Below are positions 54,668 to 64,000 of a stretch of 64,000 bases of DNA, in pieces. Both the position numbers and the translations under genes were made by a program. The stretch is from a virus. The stretch is taken from IMG/VR virus record IMGVR_UViG_3300020187_000010. The stretch is one strand, 5' to 3'. Position 1 is the first letter of the stretch; every line of letters starts with the position of its first letter. The notes beneath the pieces are model-generated. The model was not told the DNA's origin. It made no database searches and worked only from the letters and a program-made list of their open reading frames with translations.

Positions 54668-56275
54668 CTACCAGTCTCGATCACCTATCGTGTCTATAGA
54701 GTGCCATCCTTGGTATGTGTTATCTTGTTCTTCGATATAATCCGATCCATCATCAATGAAACCGAACGGTACTATATCATTTTCTATTGCGGACATCTTA
54801 TCTCGGAACATCATGTCCTTTAGATTAATGTCTGTCATATCCGCAAAGAATTGGGTGGATACGAAATATCCAAACATCACTAGGTTCATCATAAGGTCAT
54901 CGTGGTTACCACTAGAGGCTTCGTATGATTGTCCTTTACCTATGAATGTTGATATCTCTAGGATGGTGTTCTCATCCACTATGTTTATTTTGTTTGTTTC
55001 TATAATGTCTTTGATTGAGGAACACCCAAGTCTCTTGACTTTTCGGTTCATTTCTATACCGAGTGCGTCTGCCTTGGTTGCACTGGAGGTGTGGAGGTTC
55101 TCATATTCTAAGTCATAATATAGTCCATTACAAACTACTGTACCCTGATCATTTGATTCAACGACTACCCACGATTGATTGTAGAGATTCGCATACTTAT
55201 ATATAATGTTAGGAAAGAGTAGTGGAGAAATAGTATTGCACCGATACACCGCGACTTGTTTGAAAGGTCGTGAGGTAATATCGATTACGTTAAACGTAGA
55301 ATAATCCTGTCCTCTTCCCTTCGATACATCAACTGCCATGATGTATTCGTAATCCTTAATTGGTTCGTCATATATAAGGCAGTCACCCCCTTCAAGAACA
55401 CTTGAAGGATTTTGTGCTCTGAGACCCATCAGGGTTTCTGCACCTATGAGTGTATCACCCGTACCAAAGAAAGTATTACCAAATTCTTGGTCGAACTGTA
55501 ATTGAGAAGTGTTCGCAATTGTTTGCAACTTCCATTTCTCATCCCTGCCCGGCACATCCCACCAATCCACACGGAATGGTTGGTATGCATTCGTTCCTTG
55601 AACGGCACCAGTCCAAATCTTTTCGTACTGATTACCAATACCATTTGCGGTAGAGGTGATGATTACTTTGGTGTCTTTACCCGAAGATACAACAGGATAC
55701 GTTGACGTATAGAACTCAGCCGCATTCTCAACGAAAGCAAACTCATCGAGAAAAAGAAGATTAACAGACATACCACGAATAGAAGACCCACTAGTAGCAG
55801 CGGCAATGATTCTAGAATTATTACTAAACTCAATAGAACCTTTGTTGAGTGCCTTACAACCCGGCTGCAAAAAGAAAGGAAGGTTTTCCAACATGAGTGT
55901 AACACGTGCGAGCATCTCTCGTGCGGTTGCACCTTTGTTTGCAAGTACTGCGATAGTTTTCTCGGAATGGAAACAAGCATACCATAGAAGGTACCCAACC
56001 GAACTGATTGACTTACCGGATTGACGACATGCAAGTACGATAGAGAAACGATTCTTTTCGAAATGGTCAAACATCTTTTCTTGATATTCGTATAAATCAA
56101 AATTAACCAGACCACGGTCAAGATGCACCACCTTTACGTATGTACGACAGAAGTGTACGGGGTCTCCCATACACTTTTGGTATTCTTTTATCTTCTCTTC
56201 TGTCCAATTCTCGGCAACCCCATCCCGCTTCACCATTGGGTTTCCGAGGTAGCTCTCTTTAGTCTGAGTCGTCAT
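54668..56275 (-). CDS. 17: terminase large subunit gp17
   Basis: YLGNP, RQSGKS, LFLDEFAF, ITSTANG, HDDLMM. Confidence 0.97.
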   Translation of the reverse strand: MTTQTKESYLGNPMVKRDGVAENWTEEKIKEYQKCMGDPVHFCRTYVKVVHLDRGLVNFDLYEYQEKMFDHFEKNRFSIVLACRQSGKSISSVGYLLWYACFHSEKTIAVLANKGATAREMLARVTLMLENLPFFLQPGCKALNKGSIEFSNNSRIIAAATSGSSIRGMSVNLLFLDEFAFVENAAEFYTSTYPVVSSGKDTKVIITSTANGIGNQYEKIWTGAVQGTNAYQPFRVDWWDVPGRDEKWKLQTIANTSQLQFDQEFGNTFFGTGDTLIGAETLMGLRAQNPSSVLEGGDCLIYDEPIKDYEYIMAVDVSKGRGQDYSTFNVIDITSRPFKQVAVYRCNTISPLLFPNIIYKYANLYNQSWVVVESNDQGTVVCNGLYYDLEYENLHTSSATKADALGIEMNRKVKRLGCSSIKDIIETNKINIVDENTILEISTFIGKGQSYEASSGNHDDLMMNLVMFGYFVSTQFFADMTDINLKDMMFRDKMSAIENDIVPFGFIDDGSDYIEEQDNTYQGWHSIDTIGDRDW

Positions 56276-56612
56276 GCGGGATCACTTGTTTCTCATTCTG
56301 TAAAAATCGTTGGAGTTCGGTTGTTGAACCCAGAAAAACATTGTTGGTGGTATTACCTCTATTCTCCAGAGCTGGAACATCAGACTTCTCGACATCCTTT
56401 TTCTTTTTCTGGAGATCCATTAACTTATCGTTAACATCAGCAATACCTTTTATCATACCAGACAATACTTCGAATGCGCGAGGGTGTTCACTCTCACGTG
56501 CAACTTCAATCATGAGTTCCAGAGATTCACGTCCCTTTTCAATTAGGTCGTAGTAGGTCTCTCTAGAATAGTCATAATCACTTTTGATGTTATCATTACT
56601 ATCATCTGACAT
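56259..56612 (-). CDS. 16: terminase small subunit gp16
   Basis: DY.YSR...Y.LIEKG, HPRAFEV, NN.F.GST.ELQ. Confidence 0.92.
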   Translation of the reverse strand: MSDDSNDNIKSDYDYSRETYYDLIEKGRESLELMIEVARESEHPRAFEVLSGMIKGIADVNDKLMDLQKKKKDVEKSDVPALENRGNTTNNVFLGSTTELQRFLQNEKQVIPHDDSD

Positions 56613-57388
56613 TAAAATGCACTATCCAAATATAATTCTAAAAATCCATAGTCGCTATCTGCACTAATTCCAACCGGAGTTGGTGTAGTTTGGATGCGTG
56701 TGTGAAACAGATCTCCGTCTGCTCCTATAGTATATAGATTATTATTAACTTCGCGTATGACCGGTGATTGTGAGGTTGGGCCGTAGAAGTTTATTTTCAT
56801 ACCGAATGATAGTGTGTATATGATGGTTCTTCGATCACCAACAGAACCTTCAAAGTCGTCCGAGAAAGATATTGCCTGTAATGTAATAGGTACGTCTTCT
56901 TTTATCTCGGGGAACTCTGAACTGAAAGGTTTTACACCAACCGTATATGATGGGTTGAAATATGGTATAATCTGTTCGACCATTTGCAATGCGTCATCTT
57001 GACTCTTTGCATATACGTTGACATCAAATGTCATATCATATGGTACGGACACATAGAAGTTATTACGTTTAGTCTCACTACCTTGCAGTGTTGTCGAGAA
57101 CGTATTTGTCTTGGGTAGTTGTCTCTGAGGGTCATACGCCATAGAAGTAATCTCGAAAGACATCCGAGGCAACTTAATTGCAACTCTACGTTCCTGTTCT
57201 TCACCTTCTCTCATTTCCTGAAGACGTTGAATGAAACTTCTCTTGGGGGCATATGATAACGGAACTTTGACTTGAGAGATAGTCTCTCCTGCCGAGTTAG
57301 TTCTCAACACATATATGTTATTAAATAAAGAACCGAATACGGATACCGCAGTTCTTACTCTCTTGTGATAAAAATGTGTTCCGAACAT
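56612..57388 (-). CDS. 15: tail sheath stabiliser/completion protein gp15
   Basis: FG..FYH, FG.LFNNI, KVPL.Y.PK, LPRMSFE, EQI.PYF.P. Confidence 0.95.
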   Translation of the reverse strand: MFGTHFYHKRVRTAVSVFGSLFNNIYVLRTNSAGETISQVKVPLSYAPKRSFIQRLQEMREGEEQERRVAIKLPRMSFEITSMAYDPQRQLPKTNTFSTTLQGSETKRNNFYVSVPYDMTFDVNVYAKSQDDALQMVEQIIPYFNPSYTVGVKPFSSEFPEIKEDVPITLQAISFSDDFEGSVGDRRTIIYTLSFGMKINFYGPTSQSPVIREVNNNLYTIGADGDLFHTRIQTTPTPVGISADSDYGFLELYLDSAF

Positions 57389-59139
57389 TATGACATATCT
57401 CCAAACGGATTTCCTTCAGAAAAATCTAAAAAATCACTTTCGAAATCATCAAAGTAATCTCCCTGAGAAAGACCTGCGGCCACCTCTTCTATTTGTTGTA
57501 ACTCTTCTACCAGATTCGGTGCATAGGTTGCACTAGGAGAAACTACCGCTCTTGTTGTATTGAATGTATGATACTTACCGTCTGTCGCACCCACATGAGC
57601 CAGATACAAAGTATTGTCCGAGTCAGACCATTTTGCAACCTCGCCGGTCATGGAGTATCCACTACCAGACTGTGTTACTATCTCACCACGTTTGTAATCA
57701 TTAACACTGTATGGAGCAGAAATCGTTACGGTCGGTGGTTCGTTGTAATATATACCCGAGTTTGTCAAGATAAATGAATCTATCACACCATCCGAATCGA
57801 TTGTAGATGTAGCGGTTGCACTGATTGCATCGAAATGTAACAGTACGGCATCTTTATCATCTGCACTATATGCGGCTTCAGTAGTTACTATTACGTTATC
57901 AACACCAACAACAGTATATCTTGGTTCTAGAAGTTCTGCCTTCGTGCCAACTTGAACACGGAATTCATCGATGAATCCATTCAATCCACTCCAGTCAACA
58001 CCATCGACTGTACGTGCCGCAGTTCCGCCTACCGAGTAACCATTATCAGACACCCAGTCGAAAGTAACACCTGCAAGATTATCATCAAACTTTTTCTCGA
58101 AATCAAAGTATATAACTAGATTATTTGTATCAAATGCACCGATAAGTATGTGATGCCAAGTATCTTCTTGGAATAAAACGTTATTACCAGTAAGTACTGT
58201 GACACCACCGCCAGAATTATCACCACGACTATATGTTAACTGACCACTACTATTGACACCCCAGAAATATCGGGCAGGAAGATCGTCATCACTTCCACCT
58301 GTTTCGAAAAAGATTGACTGACCAGTAGAAGGTAAATCATCAATATATATCCAAGCTTCAATTACACCATGCAATCCGGTTTGTGTGTAATTAGATTCTG
58401 AACCACGACCACGACCTACATCCAGAGACGCATTACCGAACTGCGAATTACTACCCAAGGCAGATTCTAGAGTTATTGTGGGTGCAGAAGTATATCCCTT
58501 ACCTGCGAAACCAGTTTGAAACTGTGTCACTTGTCCATCGAGATTGATCAGTGTAGTTGCAGTTGCTCTCGCAACCTCCGGAGACTCCATGACCAGTTTA
58601 TATTGGTATGCACTCTCAACCTCCACGTCATCAATACCTTCGATATCAGTATCAAAGTCTTCGTCATTATATTCGAATAACTCACACTGAAGTCTGAACG
58701 TTGGTAATTGACTTAGTTGATAGAAAGGTGTTTCGGTTTCTACTTTGAAGATCTCAAACATAGACTGAGAGAATGGGATGTATATGATATCACCTTCTCT
58801 TGGACGGAAGTTATACGCATCTAGTTTATCACCGATGAGTCCTTTCCATCTTCTTCGTGCACAAACAAATGTTGCTTGATCACGTAACTCTACTCCGAAC
58901 TTGGAGAATAAGTCAGCCTCTCCTCCAAACCCATCTACATTCTCTACATACATTTCTATTTTGTATGCGTCACTGAAATGCGAAGGAACGTCATCAAGGA
59001 ACACTTTATCTACATTGACAAGTTCACGGGGTAAATAATATACATCTTGACCATAGAACTTCAAGGACTCGATTACCAAGTCCTCGTATAAGTTCTGTTC
59101 GCCACGTACTGCTTGGGAAACCCACGGATTCGTTGCCAT
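57388..59139 (-). CDS. 14: neck protein gp14 with an inserted LamG/concanavalin-like domain
   Basis: EQNL.EDL..E....YG.DVYYLPR, RPREGD.IY.P, PFYQL, CELF.Y..E, DFSE.NPFG; insert carrying IEAWIY, WHHI, GFIDEFRV. Confidence 0.9.
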   Translation of the reverse strand: MATNPWVSQAVRGEQNLYEDLVIESLKFYGQDVYYLPRELVNVDKVFLDDVPSHFSDAYKIEMYVENVDGFGGEADLFSKFGVELRDQATFVCARRRWKGLIGDKLDAYNFRPREGDIIYIPFSQSMFEIFKVETETPFYQLSQLPTFRLQCELFEYNDEDFDTDIEGIDDVEVESAYQYKLVMESPEVARATATTLINLDGQVTQFQTGFAGKGYTSAPTITLESALGSNSQFGNASLDVGRGRGSESNYTQTGLHGVIEAWIYIDDLPSTGQSIFFETGGSDDDLPARYFWGVNSSGQLTYSRGDNSGGGVTVLTGNNVLFQEDTWHHILIGAFDTNNLVIYFDFEKKFDDNLAGVTFDWVSDNGYSVGGTAARTVDGVDWSGLNGFIDEFRVQVGTKAELLEPRYTVVGVDNVIVTTEAAYSADDKDAVLLHFDAISATATSTIDSDGVIDSFILTNSGIYYNEPPTVTISAPYSVNDYKRGEIVTQSGSGYSMTGEVAKWSDSDNTLYLAHVGATDGKYHTFNTTRAVVSPSATYAPNLVEELQQIEEVAAGLSQGDYFDDFESDFLDFSEGNPFGDMS

Positions 59140-59142
59140 TTT

Positions 59143-59904
59143 TTATCCTACAAAGAACATTGGGCCAATGTCTTCTTCTTCTCTGAATTTAATCATGATT
59201 TGTTCTATCTCTGCAACAGCATCATCATAGATCTGTCGTCCCGAAATAGTAACACCGCCAGGTAATTGCATACCTTCGAACTTAGACATATTCTGTCCCC
59301 ACTGTTTCTTGAGTAGTGCGATAGAATATTGTTTTAAAAACTTATGGTTCCATAGTGAATTCAAATCCGAGTTTGTTCCCGCATTAGGATCAATATCACC
59401 ATATACCTCAAAGACCACATAGTTACCTACTGTGAAATCTGCCTTATCATGATAGAAATATACTCTGTCATTCTGTCGGTCAAATGTAATCTGTGGTTCC
59501 CCACTTAGTTTCATATCAAGTAATGATAGGTGTTGTTGCATTTGTTCATAGTATGCCATGTCACCACTATGTCTATTTAGATCACTAATATCATTCAATC
59601 TCATCTGATACTTAATATCAAAGAAGTTGGTTGATGCAGTCACACTATCCACACGGAACATGCGTACAACAGTTAATAGATCTTCTTGTAGTTCGAAAAA
59701 CCCTGCGTCAATTTCTGCCTGAACAAGTTGATGTGTAATGTAAAATCGTCTTTTACCATCAGGGTGATATTCACGAAACCATTGTAAAGCTTCGTCAATA
59801 CGATCTTCGATCTGTTCGTCCGCCACATTAATTTCGAGTACAGGAGATCCTAATGCCCGTAGACAGTAGTCAATATGTTCGTCTCTTGTATTTGGATTGG
59901 CCAT
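59143..59904 (-). CDS. 13: neck protein gp13
   Basis: YCLR.LG.PVLEINV..EQI.DRIDEA, K.QWGQN..KF.G.QLPGG. Confidence 0.95.
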   Translation of the reverse strand: MANPNTRDEHIDYCLRALGSPVLEINVADEQIEDRIDEALQWFREYHPDGKRRFYITHQLVQAEIDAGFFELQEDLLTVVRMFRVDSVTASTNFFDIKYQMRLNDISDLNRHSGDMAYYEQMQQHLSLLDMKLSGEPQITFDRQNDRVYFYHDKADFTVGNYVVFEVYGDIDPNAGTNSDLNSLWNHKFLKQYSIALLKKQWGQNMSKFEGMQLPGGVTISGRQIYDDAVAEIEQIMIKFREEEDIGPMFFVG

Positions 59905-59915
59905 GTTATTACCTA

Positions 59916-62900
59916 TTAGTTAAGTAGCGTTCCCGCAGAGTTATATACGTTGATTCGATAATGCGAACCTTGTTGACCATCAAGAACATCAGCATCCAGA
60001 CCTGAACCCGATCCATCTACAGTCTTGACCGCAGTCAACAGTTCATTTGCAGTAGAGTATGTTTCATCTACCGAGAACTGACCAGTCGCAGAGTCATATG
60101 CGATATCACCAGTAACACTGAATTGATCACGAATGTTTTGTGTCGTGACCTTGTTATAGGTAATTGTACCAGTTCCAGAGTTATAACTTAAAGAACCGAA
60201 TCCAGTACCATTATTATTGATACCGATTGCACCACGTGCAAGAGTATCAGTATACTGTGTAATGGTAGTTGAAATCGCCCCATCGGTGATTGAGATACCA
60301 GTACTTGCGGATATTGCAGAACGGATGTTTGCATCTGTTACCTTCGCAAAACTAAACTCTCCATTTGAATATGAGAGTGTACCATATCCGGTACCACTAT
60401 TTGCAGCAGAGAACAATGCAAGAGTTGACGCAGAGTCTACGCCAGGATTTGCTAAACTAAACTGTCCGGTCGCACTATCATATCCAAGACCCGAATTATC
60501 TACACTGAATAAGTTACGGATAGTAGACGTATGGTTGGATAGACTCGATACAGTACCAGTTACGTCACCTGTTAGGTTTGCGGTGATTGCAGTTGCAGTA
60601 AAGTTACCCGAACCATCACGTTCAACAATTGTACTTGCGGTATTCGCAGAAGTCGCAGTAGTTGCAGAATTCTGTACCTTACCCGCAGTTGAGATTGTTC
60701 CGAGTTTAGTATCTGCAATCGCAGCATTTGTATTGATGTCAGCATTGACAATAGTATTCGCAGTAATCCCAGTCGTAATAGTAATGTTACTAGTACCATC
60801 AAACGAAGTTGCGGTACCAGTCACATCACCAGAAATACCAATAGTTCTTGAAGTGAGAAGACTATTTGCGGTAGACGCATTACCCGTTACTGCACCAGTA
60901 ACATTACCATATAATCTGTTGACTTGCAAGTCTGCGAGTTCAAAAGATGGGTCTGAAGTATTGATGTTTCCACCAACTTCTGGATCGTATTTGTTGAAGA
61001 ACTTCCAACGACTATCTGTGGTATCACGGAAGACACCCGCATGGGTATATGGCGCATCAATCGTATTGTAGTTACCGACAATACCAAAATCTTGATTGAT
61101 TGGTTGTGCGTCACCTTTCCAGTAGTTGTTTAAAGTGTGACCAGTAGGAGACGAGAAAGTTACCTTGACATTATATCTTAATGGTACAAGAGTATTATCT
61201 ACACCCAAGTTCCAAGAGGTAGGGCCTGTACCACCGTCCGAATCAAACGATAACGGAGTAAACTCGCCAATACCTTCCGCAGAGTCGAAACCCCATTGGA
61301 TAGTATCACCTGCACTATCGGTTCCGGTTATCTTGACAAAATACGTTCTGTCAGAATCACCTTCATAATATTCTTTGAAAGTCGCATCATTAAGTCCAGA
61401 TATACCCGCACCGAATACTGTTTCGATGGTATCACCTGCACCAACATAGATGAACTGATCACCAACGTTTAGAGACTGTACAGTAGTTGTTGTTTCAGAA
61501 CCAAGGATGTTCAGATTACCTGCGATAGTGACATCACCATCTACACGTTGGTTACCTTGAACACGAATGTTCTCTGCAATCTCTGGAGCAAGACGGATCT
61601 GAATACAACCACCGACATTACCACCAGTTGCGGAATCCGAAACAAGTACCGTACCAACTTGATATGGCCAGTTAGGATAATCAGGAGAAAATGCTACCAT
61701 TTCACCCGCACTATCAGGAGAAACGTGAAGGGTATCACCCACATTAAAGGATGCAGTATTCAACCCACCGTATAGACCACGTACTGTTACATAACCATAT
61801 GCACCATTAGCGATAGTACTTGATGCAAGTCCAGATGTTGTGTATGTTGTACTGAAGTTATCTGCCTTTGCAAGTGAGATTGTCGGGAAGTCATTTGCAG
61901 CACCAGTTACATATACAACTTTACCCTTGGGAATAGATGATCCCGAGTTGTTGAAAACTCGCATGATTTCATCTTGACCAACTTTGACATTGATTGATGA
62001 GTTCGAGTATACAAGTGCATCAGGGCCTTGCATATAAAACAAGTTACCTTCACGGAAAGCAGGAAGGTTATTGGGAACATCGATATCCGAGTAGGATGAT
62101 ATGTCTACGTTAAGTAGTTTGAAGTCACCAGAATCCGCAGTGATTTTACCATCAACAATCATACGGTCTTCAACACGGATATATTCTGCGTGTTCTTTCT
62201 CAACGTTTACAAGTAGTGAACCCGAAGTAGAATCTACTGAGATTACACGACCTACGTGTGTAGGATAACCTTGGTCGATTGATACTTCAGTTGTAGACCA
62301 CTTACCCGCACTATCAGCAGAAAGGTATGCAAATGCACCTTCGATCATATTCGAAGTGTTCAAACCATTTACTAAACCGAACTGAGTCACATAACCGTGG
62401 TTCCCGTTCGGGATATCCATAGTTGCAATACCAGTAACATTTGCTGTAGAAGAAGCATCTGCCTTTGCAAGAGATATTTGGGGGTGGATACCGTGTGCAG
62501 TACCGGATACGTATACTGCATCACCATTGTTAATCTGTCCACCGGTCAAGTTATGAACATATATTAAATGTTCTTGACCGAGGTTGATTGTTACATCTTG
62601 AACCAATTCATTGGTTGTTGGTATAAACGATATACCTTTCTGTGGGTTTGAATCATAGTAGAGTAAACCCGCAAGACTATTAGGTGCAGTTTCTTGTTTA
62701 GTTAAGTGTAGACATCCAATCTCTGCGGAGTCAACAGTTACCTTACCGAATACAATATCATCGGTAGTTCCGACAGACTGTGCAATCGCAATAGACCCGT
62801 CAGTGATTGTGACACCAGTTCCACCAGAGAAATGTGCACGAGTCTCGGATGCACTAGGGCCTGTGTATGTAATTACACCAGTACCGTTATTATAAGATAG

Positions 62901-64000
62901 AGAACCATCTCCACCTGCATCTGTTACTGAGACCAGACCACGTACTTCTGAGTCTGTTCTTTGTGTGAAAGAGTATCTACCAGTCGCAGAGTCATATGAT
63001 AAATCACCACCGGCAGATAAATGCGCACGGACTTCACTCGCATTTGGGCCAGTGTATGTAAAGATACCTGTGGATGAATCATATGAAAGAGACCCATCAC
63101 CCCCAGCATCGTTTACTGATACTGTGCCACGTGCGTCTGCATCTGTATATTGTGTAATACTTGTCGAGATTTGACCATTGGTGATACCAATACCTGTACC
63201 TGCACTAAAATGTGCACGGACTTCGGCCGCAGAAGGGCCGGTAAAGGAGAACGTACCTGTAGAACTATCATACGAGAATGAACCATCTCCGCCATTGTCA
63301 GTCGCAGATACCGCAGCACGTGCTCTGGCATTGTTGAAATAGAGATTGGTAGAACCACCTTCACTTAAATCATTGGTAGTTTTTAACGCAAAGTCAGAAT
63401 CAAATCCTGCATATGATACTTCGGTATAACCTAGTGTACCAGTTGCAGCGTTATATGTCAACGGTAAACCACTTACACCAATCGCATTTCGTGCGGTAGT
63501 TGTGGTGGTTGCGGAATCGTAATAGAGGTTAGTCGAGCCTTGTGTTAGGTCGTCTGTTGTTTTGGTTGCAAGATCTGTATTGAATAGAGATGTTGCATAA
63601 TATTTGTTTGTGCTACCTTGGGTAAGATCGTCTGTTGTTTTAAGAGCAAGACGATCATCGAATGCGGAGTCTGCACGTGCAGTTGTGTAGTAAAGGTTAG
63701 TCCCTTCACTTAAATCCGAAGTCGAGAAATGTTGCAGACCAATTCGTGCATTGAATGAACCACCATCTGCGGTGGCCAGTGTAAGAGTTGCATTAGAGGA
63801 ATCGAAGGATAACCCCGAAACACCTGCAACAGTAACAGTTCCCGCACTATCAATTTGACCTTGCGCATTGATAGTCAATACTGGAATGGTTGTGGTAGAA
63901 CCATAGGTACCTGCACCGACACCAGTGTTGGTGATACTTAACTCACCGTTGGTCTCGGTAATGCCGGTTCCACCAGATACTTGTCTGAGTGTTACGATAG
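59916..64000 (-). CDS. long tail-fibre-like structural protein (5' end outside the window)
   Basis: Frame open to the window edge; G/S/T-rich repeats (TTDDL.EG..NLYY, SYDS.TG), C-terminal GSGSGLDAD.LDG motif. Confidence 0.85.
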   Translation of the reverse strand, partial: IVTLRQVSGGTGITETNGELSITNTGVGAGTYGSTTTIPVLTINAQGQIDSAGTVTVAGVSGLSFDSSNATLTLATADGGSFNARIGLQHFSTSDLSEGTNLYYTTARADSAFDDRLALKTTDDLTQGSTNKYYATSLFNTDLATKTTDDLTQGSTNLYYDSATTTTTARNAIGVSGLPLTYNAATGTLGYTEVSYAGFDSDFALKTTNDLSEGGSTNLYFNNARARAAVSATDNGGDGSFSYDSSTGTFSFTGPSAAEVRAHFSAGTGIGITNGQISTSITQYTDADARGTVSVNDAGGDGSLSYDSSTGIFTYTGPNASEVRAHLSAGGDLSYDSATGRYSFTQRTDSEVRGLVSVTDAGGDGSLSYNNGTGVITYTGPSASETRAHFSGGTGVTITDGSIAIAQSVGTTDDIVFGKVTVDSAEIGCLHLTKQETAPNSLAGLLYYDSNPQKGISFIPTTNELVQDVTINLGQEHLIYVHNLTGGQINNGDAVYVSGTAHGIHPQISLAKADASSTANVTGIATMDIPNGNHGYVTQFGLVNGLNTSNMIEGAFAYLSADSAGKWSTTEVSIDQGYPTHVGRVISVDSTSGSLLVNVEKEHAEYIRVEDRMIVDGKITADSGDFKLLNVDISSYSDIDVPNNLPAFREGNLFYMQGPDALVYSNSSINVKVGQDEIMRVFNNSGSSIPKGKVVYVTGAANDFPTISLAKADNFSTTYTTSGLASSTIANGAYGYVTVRGLYGGLNTASFNVGDTLHVSPDSAGEMVAFSPDYPNWPYQVGTVLVSDSATGGNVGGCIQIRLAPEIAENIRVQGNQRVDGDVTIAGNLNILGSETTTTVQSLNVGDQFIYVGAGDTIETVFGAGISGLNDATFKEYYEGDSDRTYFVKITGTDSAGDTIQWGFDSAEGIGEFTPLSFDSDGGTGPTSWNLGVDNTLVPLRYNVKVTFSSPTGHTLNNYWKGDAQPINQDFGIVGNYNTIDAPYTHAGVFRDTTDSRWKFFNKYDPEVGGNINTSDPSFELADLQVNRLYGNVTGAVTGNASTANSLLTSRTIGISGDVTGTATSFDGTSNITITTGITANTIVNADINTNAAIADTKLGTISTAGKVQNSATTATSANTASTIVERDGSGNFTATAITANLTGDVTGTVSSLSNHTSTIRNLFSVDNSGLGYDSATGQFSLANPGVDSASTLALFSAANSGTGYGTLSYSNGEFSFAKVTDANIRSAISASTGISITDGAISTTITQYTDTLARGAIGINNNGTGFGSLSYNSGTGTITYNKVTTQNIRDQFSVTGDIAYDSATGQFSVDETYSTANELLTAVKTVDGSGSGLDADVLDGQQGSHYRINVYNSAGTLLN

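Noticed and set aside
59916-64000. Diversity-generating retroelement acting on the fibre gene
   Set aside because: No reverse transcriptase and no adenine-specific TR/VR pair are seen; the repeats are ordinary coding repeats.
1-64000. Alternative genetic code or prophage context
   Set aside because: Core genes translate full length in the standard code, the tRNAs are not suppressors, and no integrase or host flank is present.

Overview
This is a 64 kb segment of a T4-like myovirus genome (about 40% GC by eye) with essentially all genes on the minus strand. Gene order follows the marine, cyanophage-like T4 superfamily pattern. Reading from the right end: a truncated tail-fibre-like gene, then 13-14-15-16-17-18-19-20-(67/68-like)-21-22-23-3, uvsY-uvsW, 55-47-46-45, tRNA-Arg and tRNA-Gly, 44-62-regA-43, an AEP-primase-like gene, uvsX-(40)-41 and thyX. 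An accessory region follows, containing a six-gene late operon of exported proteins and an early region of small ORFs driven by a repeated promoter cassette. Three promoter classes are visible: an early cassette, consensus sigma70 sites and T4 late TATAAATA boxes. Many sugar- and protein-modifying genes sit among the core genes: ugd, a UDP-glucuronate epimerase, three glycosyltransferase-like proteins, a sulfotransferase, a cytidylyltransferase, two SGNH proteins, three cupin/2OG-like oxygenases and two PurD-like ATP-grasp ligases. The strongest novelty candidates are (1) an Asp-Ser-(Ala/Asp) tripeptide enriched in virion proteins, a possible sequon for this modification toolkit, and (2) the late operon of signal-peptide proteins with pilin-like and chaperone-like members, a possible phage-encoded surface appendage. 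A GmrSD-like nuclease with DUF4338 and Mom-like GNATs, the tandem ATP-grasp pair and a capsid-targeted nuclease-like protein are also notable. All calls come from reading motifs and synteny; no database searches were run and the host cannot be determined.
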